Assembly (NCBI GenBank): GCA_025057415.1
Contig: JANWXI010000003.1
Location: forward strand, 1 to 59,659
From: Chitinophagales bacterium
GTDB taxonomy: Bacteria; Bacteroidota; Bacteroidia; Chitinophagales; LD1
Direction of reading: 5' to 3'
Length of the DNA stretch: 59,659 nt
The notes under the pieces are model-generated. The model made no database searches. It was not told the origin of the DNA and was given only the letters and a program-made list of their open reading frames with translations. Positions 20,193-29,265 of the stretch are shown in pieces (the first letter of the stretch is position 1; every line of letters starts with the position of its first letter). The position numbers and the translations under genes are program-made.

Positions 20193-20815
20193 AATGCGGG
20201 AATAAGATATTAATGATATTGCTAATATGTTTTGTGCTCTATGCCCCGGCGCAGACCGAAAAACACAAGTTACTCGTGGCCGGCAGCGGTGATTTGTGGT
20301 GGCAGGGCTCGGGGGATAAAAAATCTAATCAGGATGTGCGCAGGTTTTTGCTGAATATATCGCCCATGGCTGCTTATTTTGTTATCAATAACCTGGCTGT
20401 AGGAGGTCGGTATTCTTTTGGTATATCCACGGTACGGAATTACAACACCAACCGCAACCGCTATGAAGCCACTACCGTGTTTACATCTGTGGTTGGGCCG
20501 GTGATGAAATATTATGTGGGCAAAAAAATGCTTAAAGGGTTTATGATGGCACACGCGGCATATACGGTGCAAACTACACTGCGGCGCGGAGGCGTAACGA
20601 ACAAAGACGGTTTCAACACAGGCGGTTCGGCAGGGCTGGCGTACTTTTTCAATCCACATGTGGCGTTGGAAACAGGAGCATTTCTGACAGCCAGCGGTTT
20701 CAAAGGCGACTGGCCCGCCACGCGCGGGGGCATCTCAGTGGGTTTTGCCATATTGCTCGACACAAAATCGCGCAACGCCGCATTGATTAATTTACCTGAG
20801 CAAAACCTACCATAA
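20189..20815 (+). CDS. Outer-membrane beta-barrel protein
   Basis: Signal peptide and alternating hydrophobic strands (AAYFVINNLAVGG, GLAYFFNPHVALE). Start overlaps the upstream stop (ATGA). Confidence 0.7.
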   Translation: MKCGNKILMILLICFVLYAPAQTEKHKLLVAGSGDLWWQGSGDKKSNQDVRRFLLNISPMAAYFVINNLAVGGRYSFGISTVRNYNTNRNRYEATTVFTSVVGPVMKYYVGKKMLKGFMMAHAAYTVQTTLRRGGVTNKDGFNTGGSAGLAYFFNPHVALETGAFLTASGFKGDWPATRGGISVGFAILLDTKSRNAALINLPEQNLP

Positions 20816-20820
20816 CGCTG

Positions 20821-22182
20821 ATGTTAAAGTATATTTATATATGTGTTGGAGCCGTAACAGCCGTATCGCTGCAGGCGCAAAACACTGTGCTGGACAAAGT
20901 GGTGGCAGTGGTGGGCGACAACATTGTGTTACACTCTGAAATAGAGGGGCAGTTTCAGCAACTGAAAGCCCAGGAACCCGACATACAGGACCGAGAACGT
21001 TGCCGTATCTTAGATAATCTTTTGCTGGAAAAACTGTTTCTGGCACAGGCGCAATTAGACAGTGTGGTGGCAAATCCCGAAGAGGTGGAAGCAGAACTTG
21101 ACCGCCGCATCAAATACTTTACTTCCATTTTTGGCAGCGTACAAAAACTGGAAGAATACTACGGTAAGTCCATCCTGCAACTGAAAGATGATTTTCGCGA
21201 TGATATAGCCAAACAGGTAGTAGCTGATAAAATGCGCAACAAAATTCTGGGGGGCATTCAGGTGACACCCGCTGAAGTGCGAGAATTTTTTGAGCGCATT
21301 CCTCCCGACAGTGTGCCGTATTTCAACGCGGAACTCGAATTAGGACAAATCGTAATGTTTCCGAAGGTAAATGAGTTGGAAAAAAAGCGCGCCCGTGAGA
21401 AGATTGAACAATTGCGAAAAGAAATATTGAACGGCGCTGACTTTTCGTATATTGCCATCCGCGACTCGAAGGACCCGGGCAGCGCCCGCGAGGGAGGCAG
21501 CTTAGGCATTGTGGAACGGGGCGAGATGGTGCCGGAATTTGAAGCTGTGATTTACAAACTGAAAGAGGGCGAAGTGAGCGAGGTATTTGAAACGCCCTTC
21601 GGGTATCACCTTGCCATCGTAGATGAGAAACGTGGCGATAAACTGAAAGTGCGACATATACTCATTACCACCGAAATATACCCTTCTGACCTTGCGCTGG
21701 TGAAAAAACGTATGGATAGCATCGCACACCAGTTGCAGGTTGACTCACTGGACTGGCGCGAAGCAGTAAATGCGTTTTCGGAAGATGAGCAGTCGAAAAG
21801 TATCGGGGGATTGATGACCAACCCCAAGACCGGCACCACTTATTTTGAAAAAGCCGACATAGATGGCACATTGATTTTTACAATAGACCAGATGAAAGTG
21901 GGCGAATACAGTAACCCGCTGCCTTACAGTACATACGACCCAAACGGCCGGCCACGCAACGGATACCGCATCATCTGGCTTAAAAGCGAAACGAAGCCAC
22001 ACAAAGCAAGTTTAACCACCGATTACCCCAAGATACAGGCGGCCGCGAAAGCCGAAAAACAGGCAAAAATCATAGAAAACTGGATGAAGATGCACGTATC
22101 AAAGAACTACATACGCATAGACGAAAGCATGCTCGGCTGCCCTGAAATGGCCAAGTGGCTCACCGGGCGCAAGCCGGATTAA
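20821..22182 (+). CDS. surA: Chaperone SurA-like peptidyl-prolyl isomerase
   Basis: LDKVVAVVGDNIVLHSE N-terminus, DPGSAREGGSLG..MVPEFE..FGYHL, VRHILI. Confidence 0.85.
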   Translation: MLKYIYICVGAVTAVSLQAQNTVLDKVVAVVGDNIVLHSEIEGQFQQLKAQEPDIQDRERCRILDNLLLEKLFLAQAQLDSVVANPEEVEAELDRRIKYFTSIFGSVQKLEEYYGKSILQLKDDFRDDIAKQVVADKMRNKILGGIQVTPAEVREFFERIPPDSVPYFNAELELGQIVMFPKVNELEKKRAREKIEQLRKEILNGADFSYIAIRDSKDPGSAREGGSLGIVERGEMVPEFEAVIYKLKEGEVSEVFETPFGYHLAIVDEKRGDKLKVRHILITTEIYPSDLALVKKRMDSIAHQLQVDSLDWREAVNAFSEDEQSKSIGGLMTNPKTGTTYFEKADIDGTLIFTIDQMKVGEYSNPLPYSTYDPNGRPRNGYRIIWLKSETKPHKASLTTDYPKIQAAAKAEKQAKIIENWMKMHVSKNYIRIDESMLGCPEMAKWLTGRKPD

Positions 22183-22343
22183 AGTTTACTACATTCAATT
22201 CTACGCCATCCTGTTTCCCGATGCCTTGTAGGGCAGATGCTTTGCGGGATTGTCAATCGCCATTACCGCGGTATTTACACCTGTACAGTTGAAATTCATT
22301 TTTTGCTGTTGAATCTCTGTTCACCAATCTTCATTAATTTCTT

Positions 22344-23105
22344 TCATTTGATTTCACAAACTACCGGGCAGTGGTCGCTGTGAACAACGTGCTGTTGCAT
22401 ACAAGCGCTCACGAGGCGATTTTGCAGGTTTTGTGTAGCTGCTATGTAATCAATCCGCCAACCCTTGTTTTTTTGCCGTGCATTAGCGCGAAAACTCCAC
22501 CAGCTATACGCATGCGGCTGCGGATTGAAATAGCGAAACGTATCAATAAAACCCGATTGGAAAAATTTTTCCATCCAGGCGCGTTCTTCGGGCTTAAAAC
22601 CACTGGTGTTGGCATTCTCTTTCGGATTGTGAATATCAATTTCGCGGTGGCAGATATTGAAATCGCCTGCAATCAGCAAATAGGGGCGCTTGTTGCGAAG
22701 CGCCGCTATGTATTCAAAAAAATAATCCAGGTATTCCATTTTTACGGCCTGCCGTTCATCACCGGTGGTACCGCTCGGAAAATAGGTACACAAAATACTC
22801 AATTCGCCTGCGTCTATGCGCAGATTTCGCCCCTCACGGTCGTATAGCGGGTGATTAATTCCCCCGATTACATCATCCGGATGCAGTTTAGTAAATATGG
22901 CTACGCCGCTGTATCCTTTTTTCTCGGCAGGAAATATATAGGTTTCATATCCCAGATTGCGAAATGGCACAGGGTCAAAATCCTGCTGCGACACTTTGAT
23001 TTCCTGCAGGCATAGTACATCCGGATTTTCACCCTGTAACCATTGCAAGAAACCCTTCCCAAGCGCGCTGCGCAAACCGTTTACGTTGTATGAAATTATT
23101 TTCAT
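22344..23105 (-). CDS. xth: Exodeoxyribonuclease III
   Basis: SYNVNGLR, CLQEIK, GYSGVA, GDFNICH, GWRIDY, SDHCPV. Confidence 0.95.
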   Translation of the reverse strand: MKIISYNVNGLRSALGKGFLQWLQGENPDVLCLQEIKVSQQDFDPVPFRNLGYETYIFPAEKKGYSGVAIFTKLHPDDVIGGINHPLYDREGRNLRIDAGELSILCTYFPSGTTGDERQAVKMEYLDYFFEYIAALRNKRPYLLIAGDFNICHREIDIHNPKENANTSGFKPEERAWMEKFFQSGFIDTFRYFNPQPHAYSWWSFRANARQKNKGWRIDYIAATQNLQNRLVSACMQQHVVHSDHCPVVCEIK

Positions 23106-23162
23106 ATATGATTAACTTTAGATTACCACACGACGGCTTACTGGATTATGCTGATGCGTTTA

Positions 23163-23603
23163 TCAAAACTTAAGACAAAGCGCGAGCGGCAGATGATATT
23201 CGAGACATCCTTTTAATTGGTTGTATCGCAAATACTTTTTGAATATTACTTTATTGCGGATGCCCAGTGCCGCCAGAGCTGCACCACCAGCCAGTGCTAC
23301 TCCACCCGCCGCCATATAGATAGTCCCCTGGCGTTGGTTTCTGCGCACATCCTCGGCGGGGTTGGCACTTTGTGCCGGAGCAGGTGCACGATATATTTCA
23401 AAGCCCTGATACACCAGGTAAGATCCTGCGATGATAAGGCCCACACCACCGGCAATCATCATGTTGCCGCTTCGGTTTAACCTTGCCAAATGCAGGTTAT
23501 CATACACAGGCAATTTATTACGGGAAGCGCTGTCGGTATTGCCGGGCAATCGCCAGGGCAGGCAAATGCAAAAAATCACACTCAGTACACACAAATGAAC
23601 CAT
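23163..23603 (-). CDS. Hypothetical membrane-associated protein
   Basis: N-terminal hydrophobic signal and two Gly/Ala-rich hydrophobic segments; co-oriented with its neighbours. Confidence 0.6.
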   Translation of the reverse strand: MVHLCVLSVIFCICLPWRLPGNTDSASRNKLPVYDNLHLARLNRSGNMMIAGGVGLIIAGSYLVYQGFEIYRAPAPAQSANPAEDVRRNQRQGTIYMAAGGVALAGGAALAALGIRNKVIFKKYLRYNQLKGCLEYHLPLALCLKF

Positions 23604-23798
23604 TTAGAAAACATTTATGGCACTAATAAAATACAGTTACTCAATAACTAAAAGCAATGCGCTTGTAAATTATATTGTTGTGGCTGAAAATATTTCTTAT
23701 GAATACAAAGGGGATTTTGTTGCGCGCAGGCGAAAACAGAACCTGCATGAGTTTTCTTATTTTCCGTTAACCTGTAGCAGATACTGAAATTTGAAGTA

Positions 23799-24839
23799 CT
23801 ACTTCTTATATTTCTGTGCGATGTACTCCTGCCAGGTTTTTTGCCGATAGATGTTTTCTCCGTAAAAATAGCTGATGTCTTTGATAAAAGATGGTTGAAT
23901 GTAGAAAGGCACTGCATCTAAAAGATTTAACTCCTCATCTAACACCACCAGTGTGGGTAGTATGAAATTGTTGCGTGTAAGCACGAGCGCCAACTGGTGA
24001 AAAGGAAACTGAGGGGTACGCGGATTAGTGTAATCAACCCCCTTGTACGTAAGGGTTTCGGTGGTTTCGGGGTTAAACTCCACCAAATGAAATTTATCTC
24101 GGATATAGGCAGCCGAGGAGTCATGAATAAAGGTGGTGCGTTTCATCACTTTGCAACTATTGCACCAATCTGTGTGAATGAGGACAAAGGTCTTTTTACC
24201 CTTGCCCTGATTACGCGCAAGGGCGCTTTTGATATTTTCCCACTCTAATTTTTCGTACTTTGTTTTTGTAAGAGAGTCATAAAATGCTTTCTCAAAATTT
24301 TCCTTGAATTCTTCATAAGGGGAATTCCGGAATACATTCTCAAGTGTAAACACGAGCAGAGGTTCAATTTTTCTTTCATCCAGATATCCGGAAGTGAGGA
24401 GGTTCAGGGCAAATTCGTTTTTCTGTTTATCAAAGTTATTCAGAAATAGAGTGCTGGGATATGCCATTTTACCCTGCAGCAGTTTATATGCAAGCGAATG
24501 TGTTGCGCGCGGACCACTGTTCATAGGACCGTACCGATTGCCCAAAAATGTAACGGTATCTTTCCCTTCAGCATTGAACTTTACAGGATAAAAATTTTGA
24601 TTGATGTAAGCAGCCAACGTAGGATTGCTGTAGGTAGTTCTCATCATGTGTTTGCACCAACCGCACCAGTCGGTATAAAAATCCACAATAAGGGGTTTTG
24701 GCTGCCGCTCCAGCGCTTGCATGGCATCTTCCAGTTTCATCCATTTGACGAGACCATTTTCTGGATCGGGCACCTGCGCTTGCAGATAGAGGGGTCCTGA
24801 AAAAAATATGTACCATATCGTAAAGTTAAACCTATTCAT
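23799..24839 (-). CDS. Tandem thioredoxin-fold protein (DUF255/SoxW-like)
   Basis: Two homologous halves with TDWCGWCKHM and TDWCNSCKVM. Likely start MNRFNF at 24839. Confidence 0.85.
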   Translation of the reverse strand: MNRFNFTIWYIFFSGPLYLQAQVPDPENGLVKWMKLEDAMQALERQPKPLIVDFYTDWCGWCKHMMRTTYSNPTLAAYINQNFYPVKFNAEGKDTVTFLGNRYGPMNSGPRATHSLAYKLLQGKMAYPSTLFLNNFDKQKNEFALNLLTSGYLDERKIEPLLVFTLENVFRNSPYEEFKENFEKAFYDSLTKTKYEKLEWENIKSALARNQGKGKKTFVLIHTDWCNSCKVMKRTTFIHDSSAAYIRDKFHLVEFNPETTETLTYKGVDYTNPRTPQFPFHQLALVLTRNNFILPTLVVLDEELNLLDAVPFYIQPSFIKDISYFYGENIYRQKTWQEYIAQKYKK

Positions 24840-24993
24840 CTTCCGGATAATGGATTTGATGAGAAAAGCTACACCCATGCTGAAATAGTGTACTATTGAG
24901 GATGTAGTGGTGATAGGCATATTTTCTGGCAAATTTAACGAATAGTCAAAGTGCAAATTTTGCATTAAGGTGAATAGAAATTTTACCCGACTC

Positions 24994-26031
24994 TTAATTG
25001 TTGAAATATTTTAAAAGTCGCACCTCCTCTTCGGTTAAAAAGCGCCAACGGCCGCGTGGCAGGTCCTTTTTGGTAAGTCCGGCAAAATATACGCGGTCTA
25101 ACTTCACCACCTCATAGCCCAGCGCTTCAAACAATCTGCGCACAAAGCGGTTTTTACCCGTATGTATTTGAATACCCACTTCCGCCCGGTTAGCCGGGTT
25201 CGGATAAGCGATTTCATCCACCTCTGCAATGCCGTCTTCCAACACTACGCCACCTTCTGCTATTTTATCGAAATCTTCTTTGCGCAATTTTTTATTTAAA
25301 AGCACATGATATATTTTTTTAACATTACTGCTGGGGTGAGTAAGTCGCTGAGCCAATTCTCCGTCATTGGTTAATAATAATACGCCCGTTGTGTTGCGGT
25401 CTAAACGTCCCACCGGATAAAGGCGCACCTTAGCGTGTGAGCGGATTTGTGCAAATGCCGGCCGTACCAGATCCATTACCGTTTTGCGTCCCTTTTCATC
25501 GCTCACTGTAGTGATGCAATCTTTGGGTTTATTGAGCAGCACATAATATTTTTTTTCGAGCGAAAGGGGTTTACCGTCAAAACAGACCTGGTCACCGGGC
25601 TTTACTTTGTATCCCATTTCAGTGATGACCTGACCGTTAACGCTCACGCGCCCCTGGCGAATGAGTTCATCTGCCGCTCTACGCGAGGCAACTCCGGCAT
25701 GTGCCAAATATTTGTTCAACCGAAACTCTTCGTTTTGCTCGGGTGGTAGCGCAAAAATATCATCGCTTGTTTTTTTGCCTTTAATCGTATGTTTATCTGT
25801 TTGGCGTTTACGCCCGCCCGAAGTAATAGTATATTCTTTTACAGAATCTTTAGTAGTGCCGTTGCCGGAAATACCCCCCGGATTAACAGATGATTTTTTA
25901 CGGCTGTTGCGCTTTTTGTTGGTGACTACTTCTGATAAGGCATACTTGTTTTTACGCTGCCGGTGATAATCTCCTTCAGACGAATGTTGCCGGTTAGTAC
26001 CGGCTTTTTTGTTTTTGCGTTTTTGATGCAC
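24994..26031 (-). CDS. rRNA pseudouridine synthase (RsuA/RluB family) with basic N-terminal extension
   Basis: S4 domain RLNKYLAHAGVASRRAAD, catalytic PVGRLDRNTTG, and GKNR.VRRLF. Likely GTG start at 26031. Confidence 0.9.
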   Translation of the reverse strand: MHQKRKNKKAGTNRQHSSEGDYHRQRKNKYALSEVVTNKKRNSRKKSSVNPGGISGNGTTKDSVKEYTITSGGRKRQTDKHTIKGKKTSDDIFALPPEQNEEFRLNKYLAHAGVASRRAADELIRQGRVSVNGQVITEMGYKVKPGDQVCFDGKPLSLEKKYYVLLNKPKDCITTVSDEKGRKTVMDLVRPAFAQIRSHAKVRLYPVGRLDRNTTGVLLLTNDGELAQRLTHPSSNVKKIYHVLLNKKLRKEDFDKIAEGGVVLEDGIAEVDEIAYPNPANRAEVGIQIHTGKNRFVRRLFEALGYEVVKLDRVYFAGLTKKDLPRGRWRFLTEEEVRLLKYFNN

Positions 26032-26220
26032 GTGGTAAATATAGTCACACAATGCAAATCCCACAGCAATTAGATGATTTCATTCAAAACTTTTTACGCC
26101 CGTTTGTTGTCAGCCGCAGTTAATGAAACTTAAGGCAAAGTTTGTTACTCTACAATTGCTATAATACATATAAACATATTATTTAATTCGTTTTTGAGCG
26201 ACAACCTGTTTTTGTGAAAA

Positions 26221-28227
26221 TCATTTTATTTCAACGGCGGTAATTTCTACGCGTCTTTCCGCAGCAGCCATCGGATTAAAAACGGAGTTGCGGGTATCGG
26301 TGCGACTGTCGCTTATGCCCGGGGGAGATGTTTCTTCGCCCAGTGAAATATTTTTAATTGTCAGTTGACCCCGATTTAAGTAAGGCAGCAATGCACCCTC
26401 TCGGTAGTGGTAGAAGTAATTATTGAGCGATGCAGCGCGGCGGTTACCCAGGTGTATGTTGTAAGCGTTGTAGTTGAGCGGTGAGCAATAGGCGCGAACG
26501 GTAACTTCAATTTTCTCACCTTGTAGCAACAATTCATACAGTCGTGAAGTAAAAGCCACCAGGTCGTAATATCCCTTGTCCACTTTTTTCTCAAACCAAT
26601 CTCTGATTTCGCGCAGGGCTTCCTCCTGCTTGTCGCCCCTTAAACCTTGTGTGTACATTTTTTCATATTCAAAACGCAGGGCGCTGTATGCCTCATAGGT
26701 TTGCCGGTAATCCAGCGAAGTGGTGTCGCTGAGTGTACGCGCGTCGGGTTCATCGTTGTGAAAGTAGAGTTTTATGGGCAGGAGTTGCTTAACGCTGCGG
26801 AGTTTATCATCCAGAATCAACACCGGTGTAACCGGTGGTTGCACACGTACTGGCGTGTCGGGGGGAGAAAGGGTGACTGCCGTGTCGGTACGACTTGTGG
26901 CTAAGCCGGTGTGATACACGTAAATATCGCTGCAACACGTTTGCGCTTTGATGAAGTATGAACCGGTGCGGTTACTGGTGATGAAAGCGTGTGAGCGATC
27001 GGTACTCAATGTATAGTACAAATCGTTTTGCGGACTGTTGACGGGCTGTAGCATGTTGACGGGATTTGCCCAATGCTCGCCCTCACGGTGTGTTTGAAAA
27101 ATATCATACCCACCAAAGCCGTAGTGCCAGTCGCTGCTGAAATAGAGCGTGTGCGTGGTGATATCATAAAAGGGTGTCACCTCATTACCGGGCGTGTTGA
27201 CGGGCTTGCCGAGCGGTACGGGCTGTTGGTAGGTACCATCAGGGTTTATGCGGCTCATCCAAATATCCATACCTCCTGCGCCGCCTCCCCGGTTAGTGGA
27301 GAAAAACAACACCTCGTGGCCCCGTTCATCAATACCTACGGAGGGATGTGTATTGTTGGCGCCGGGTTCGTTTATGATTGCCGGCAATTTTACAGCATCA
27401 GAAGGTTGTCCGTTTACGATGCGACTGACATAAATATCGCATCGTTGGTTGGCGCCGGGTTTATTTTCACATTGCGTGAAATAAAAATGCCTCCCATCAG
27501 GCGAAAAACTGCCGTTGCAAACATGCTGTGCCGCATCAGCTCCGGGAGGATACACGGGGGTTGATTTACCGGAGATGGCATAATAAATGCCGGCAGGAAA
27601 TGAGCTATGCTTTTCATGGTTAGACGGACGCAAAGCAGAGTACATGATTGTATCGCCACCCAATGACCGCGCATTGAACTCGGCATACGGAGAATTGATT
27701 TCGGTGCCAAAATGATAAATGTGAATGGAGTCAATGGGTTTTTTGTGTTCGTTTGCCCAGGCGATGGACTCAAGGTGTTGTGCGGCAGAAGCAGCGTAGT
27801 AGTCATTTTTCCGGTATTTACTTCTGAACTTTTTGAACGTTGTTGCTGCTTCATCTGCTTTACATTCGCAGGTACTGCGCAGCATTACGCCAAGCCAATA
27901 TGCCGCCAGAGGAAATTTGTTTTGTTTATCGGAATTATACACCAAGCGATATGCAGCAGCAGCTCCCGCATAATCATTATAAAGGCGATATGCCTCAGCT
28001 AATTGGTATTGCAACGCCAGGTCATCAGGATTTTTGCGCAGCGCCTGCTCATAATATTGAGCCGCAGCGTAATAATCACCCTCACTGAATTTTTTTTCGG
28101 CAGCTTTTTGAAGTTGTGCAATGGTTTGCGCCCTTCCCTCAATAAAGAAGAATACTGCACCGAATATCATACATCGCCCGACAAACCACAGGCATCGCAC
28201 TACAGAATGTTGAACGGGTGATATCAT
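26221..28227 (-). CDS. PorE-like TPR + PD40 propeller + degenerate OmpA-like domain protein
   Basis: TPR N-terminus; PD40 repeats (LFFSTNRGGGAGGMDIW, LYFSSDWHYGFGGYDIF); C-terminal YNIHLGNRRA...LGE...RRVEI. Confidence 0.75.
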   Translation of the reverse strand: MISPVQHSVVRCLWFVGRCMIFGAVFFFIEGRAQTIAQLQKAAEKKFSEGDYYAAAQYYEQALRKNPDDLALQYQLAEAYRLYNDYAGAAAAYRLVYNSDKQNKFPLAAYWLGVMLRSTCECKADEAATTFKKFRSKYRKNDYYAASAAQHLESIAWANEHKKPIDSIHIYHFGTEINSPYAEFNARSLGGDTIMYSALRPSNHEKHSSFPAGIYYAISGKSTPVYPPGADAAQHVCNGSFSPDGRHFYFTQCENKPGANQRCDIYVSRIVNGQPSDAVKLPAIINEPGANNTHPSVGIDERGHEVLFFSTNRGGGAGGMDIWMSRINPDGTYQQPVPLGKPVNTPGNEVTPFYDITTHTLYFSSDWHYGFGGYDIFQTHREGEHWANPVNMLQPVNSPQNDLYYTLSTDRSHAFITSNRTGSYFIKAQTCCSDIYVYHTGLATSRTDTAVTLSPPDTPVRVQPPVTPVLILDDKLRSVKQLLPIKLYFHNDEPDARTLSDTTSLDYRQTYEAYSALRFEYEKMYTQGLRGDKQEEALREIRDWFEKKVDKGYYDLVAFTSRLYELLLQGEKIEVTVRAYCSPLNYNAYNIHLGNRRAASLNNYFYHYREGALLPYLNRGQLTIKNISLGEETSPPGISDSRTDTRNSVFNPMAAAERRVEITAVEIK

Positions 28228-29265
28228 TTATAGTAACGTAGGGCAAACAGGCCCGCTGATATTTTTTAGTTTAGTCAGAATATATATTACACTTACTTCA
28301 AAACCTCCGTTGTAGCGGCTGGCGGCTCTCAACCCCGAGAAGTTAACATCATAGCTCATGTTTACCTGCAGATTGTCGTAATCTACGCCCCACAATAGCC
28401 ACCCCGCTTCAGCAGAGCGACCATACATACCTGTGTTGAGTGCCAGCACATGCCCTTTGCTCATCGGAAAATAATACTTGGTATGGGCGCCGTAAACAAC
28501 TTCGTATTTGGTATCCTGCATTTGAAACAACAACTCAGGTACGATATCCATTCTTTTTGATATCATCATCTGTACACGCGAATGGGCCGTGAAGCGCAGA
28601 TTGAGCTTTACGGACTGATTGCCAAAATAACTCTGATTAGGTTGTGTAAGGTGCATAGCGGCAAAACCAACGTGTATTTGATTTCGGTCGTCTTTGCGCC
28701 ACCGGTACGACATCCCCGCGCCAAGGTCAAAGAATGCGAGGCGGGTGCGGGTAAAAATTTCATCTATCGGGACCGTGGGGTCATATAAATCACCATTCCA
28801 CTGGTTGTCGAAGGATAAATTATCTAAGCGAAATGAACGATGAATTAAGCCCGTCTGAAACCCGGCAGCGATGAAATGACGCGCCCTTTTACCGATTGCT
28901 TTTATATAAGAGAACGAAAGCGAGGAGTTGATTGCCTGAAAACGCGAGTCACCGGCGCGGTCAAAATAAAAAAGCGCCCCGCCACCGACGCGGTCGTTGT
29001 TCGGAAGCGTAAAGAAGTTCATTTCGGCTGAGAGCGAAACGGTGTTGAAACGCACAGGCACTGTTGGCCACTGATTCTTGTAGTTTGCCACAAAGCGAAA
29101 ATCACCGTCAAAAAGATTGGTGTTTGCCGGATTCTGATTAAGCGGTGAAAAGTTAAACTGTGAAAAATGTATGTCTTGTGCTTGGAGTTGCCCAACTGCC
29201 CACAATGTGCAAAGCCACATGGCACATGAGAAAATACAATTGTCGTATAAAGTACACCTGTTCAT
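28228..29265 (-). CDS. PorP/SprF family T9SS outer-membrane protein
   Basis: AQDIHFSQF...NPANT, YKNQW, SYDVN..GGFEVS..Y; C-terminal CP; ATGA overlap with the upstream type B CTD gene. Confidence 0.9.
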   Translation of the reverse strand: MNRCTLYDNCIFSCAMWLCTLWAVGQLQAQDIHFSQFNFSPLNQNPANTNLFDGDFRFVANYKNQWPTVPVRFNTVSLSAEMNFFTLPNNDRVGGGALFYFDRAGDSRFQAINSSLSFSYIKAIGKRARHFIAAGFQTGLIHRSFRLDNLSFDNQWNGDLYDPTVPIDEIFTRTRLAFFDLGAGMSYRWRKDDRNQIHVGFAAMHLTQPNQSYFGNQSVKLNLRFTAHSRVQMMISKRMDIVPELLFQMQDTKYEVVYGAHTKYYFPMSKGHVLALNTGMYGRSAEAGWLLWGVDYDNLQVNMSYDVNFSGLRAASRYNGGFEVSVIYILTKLKNISGPVCPTLL

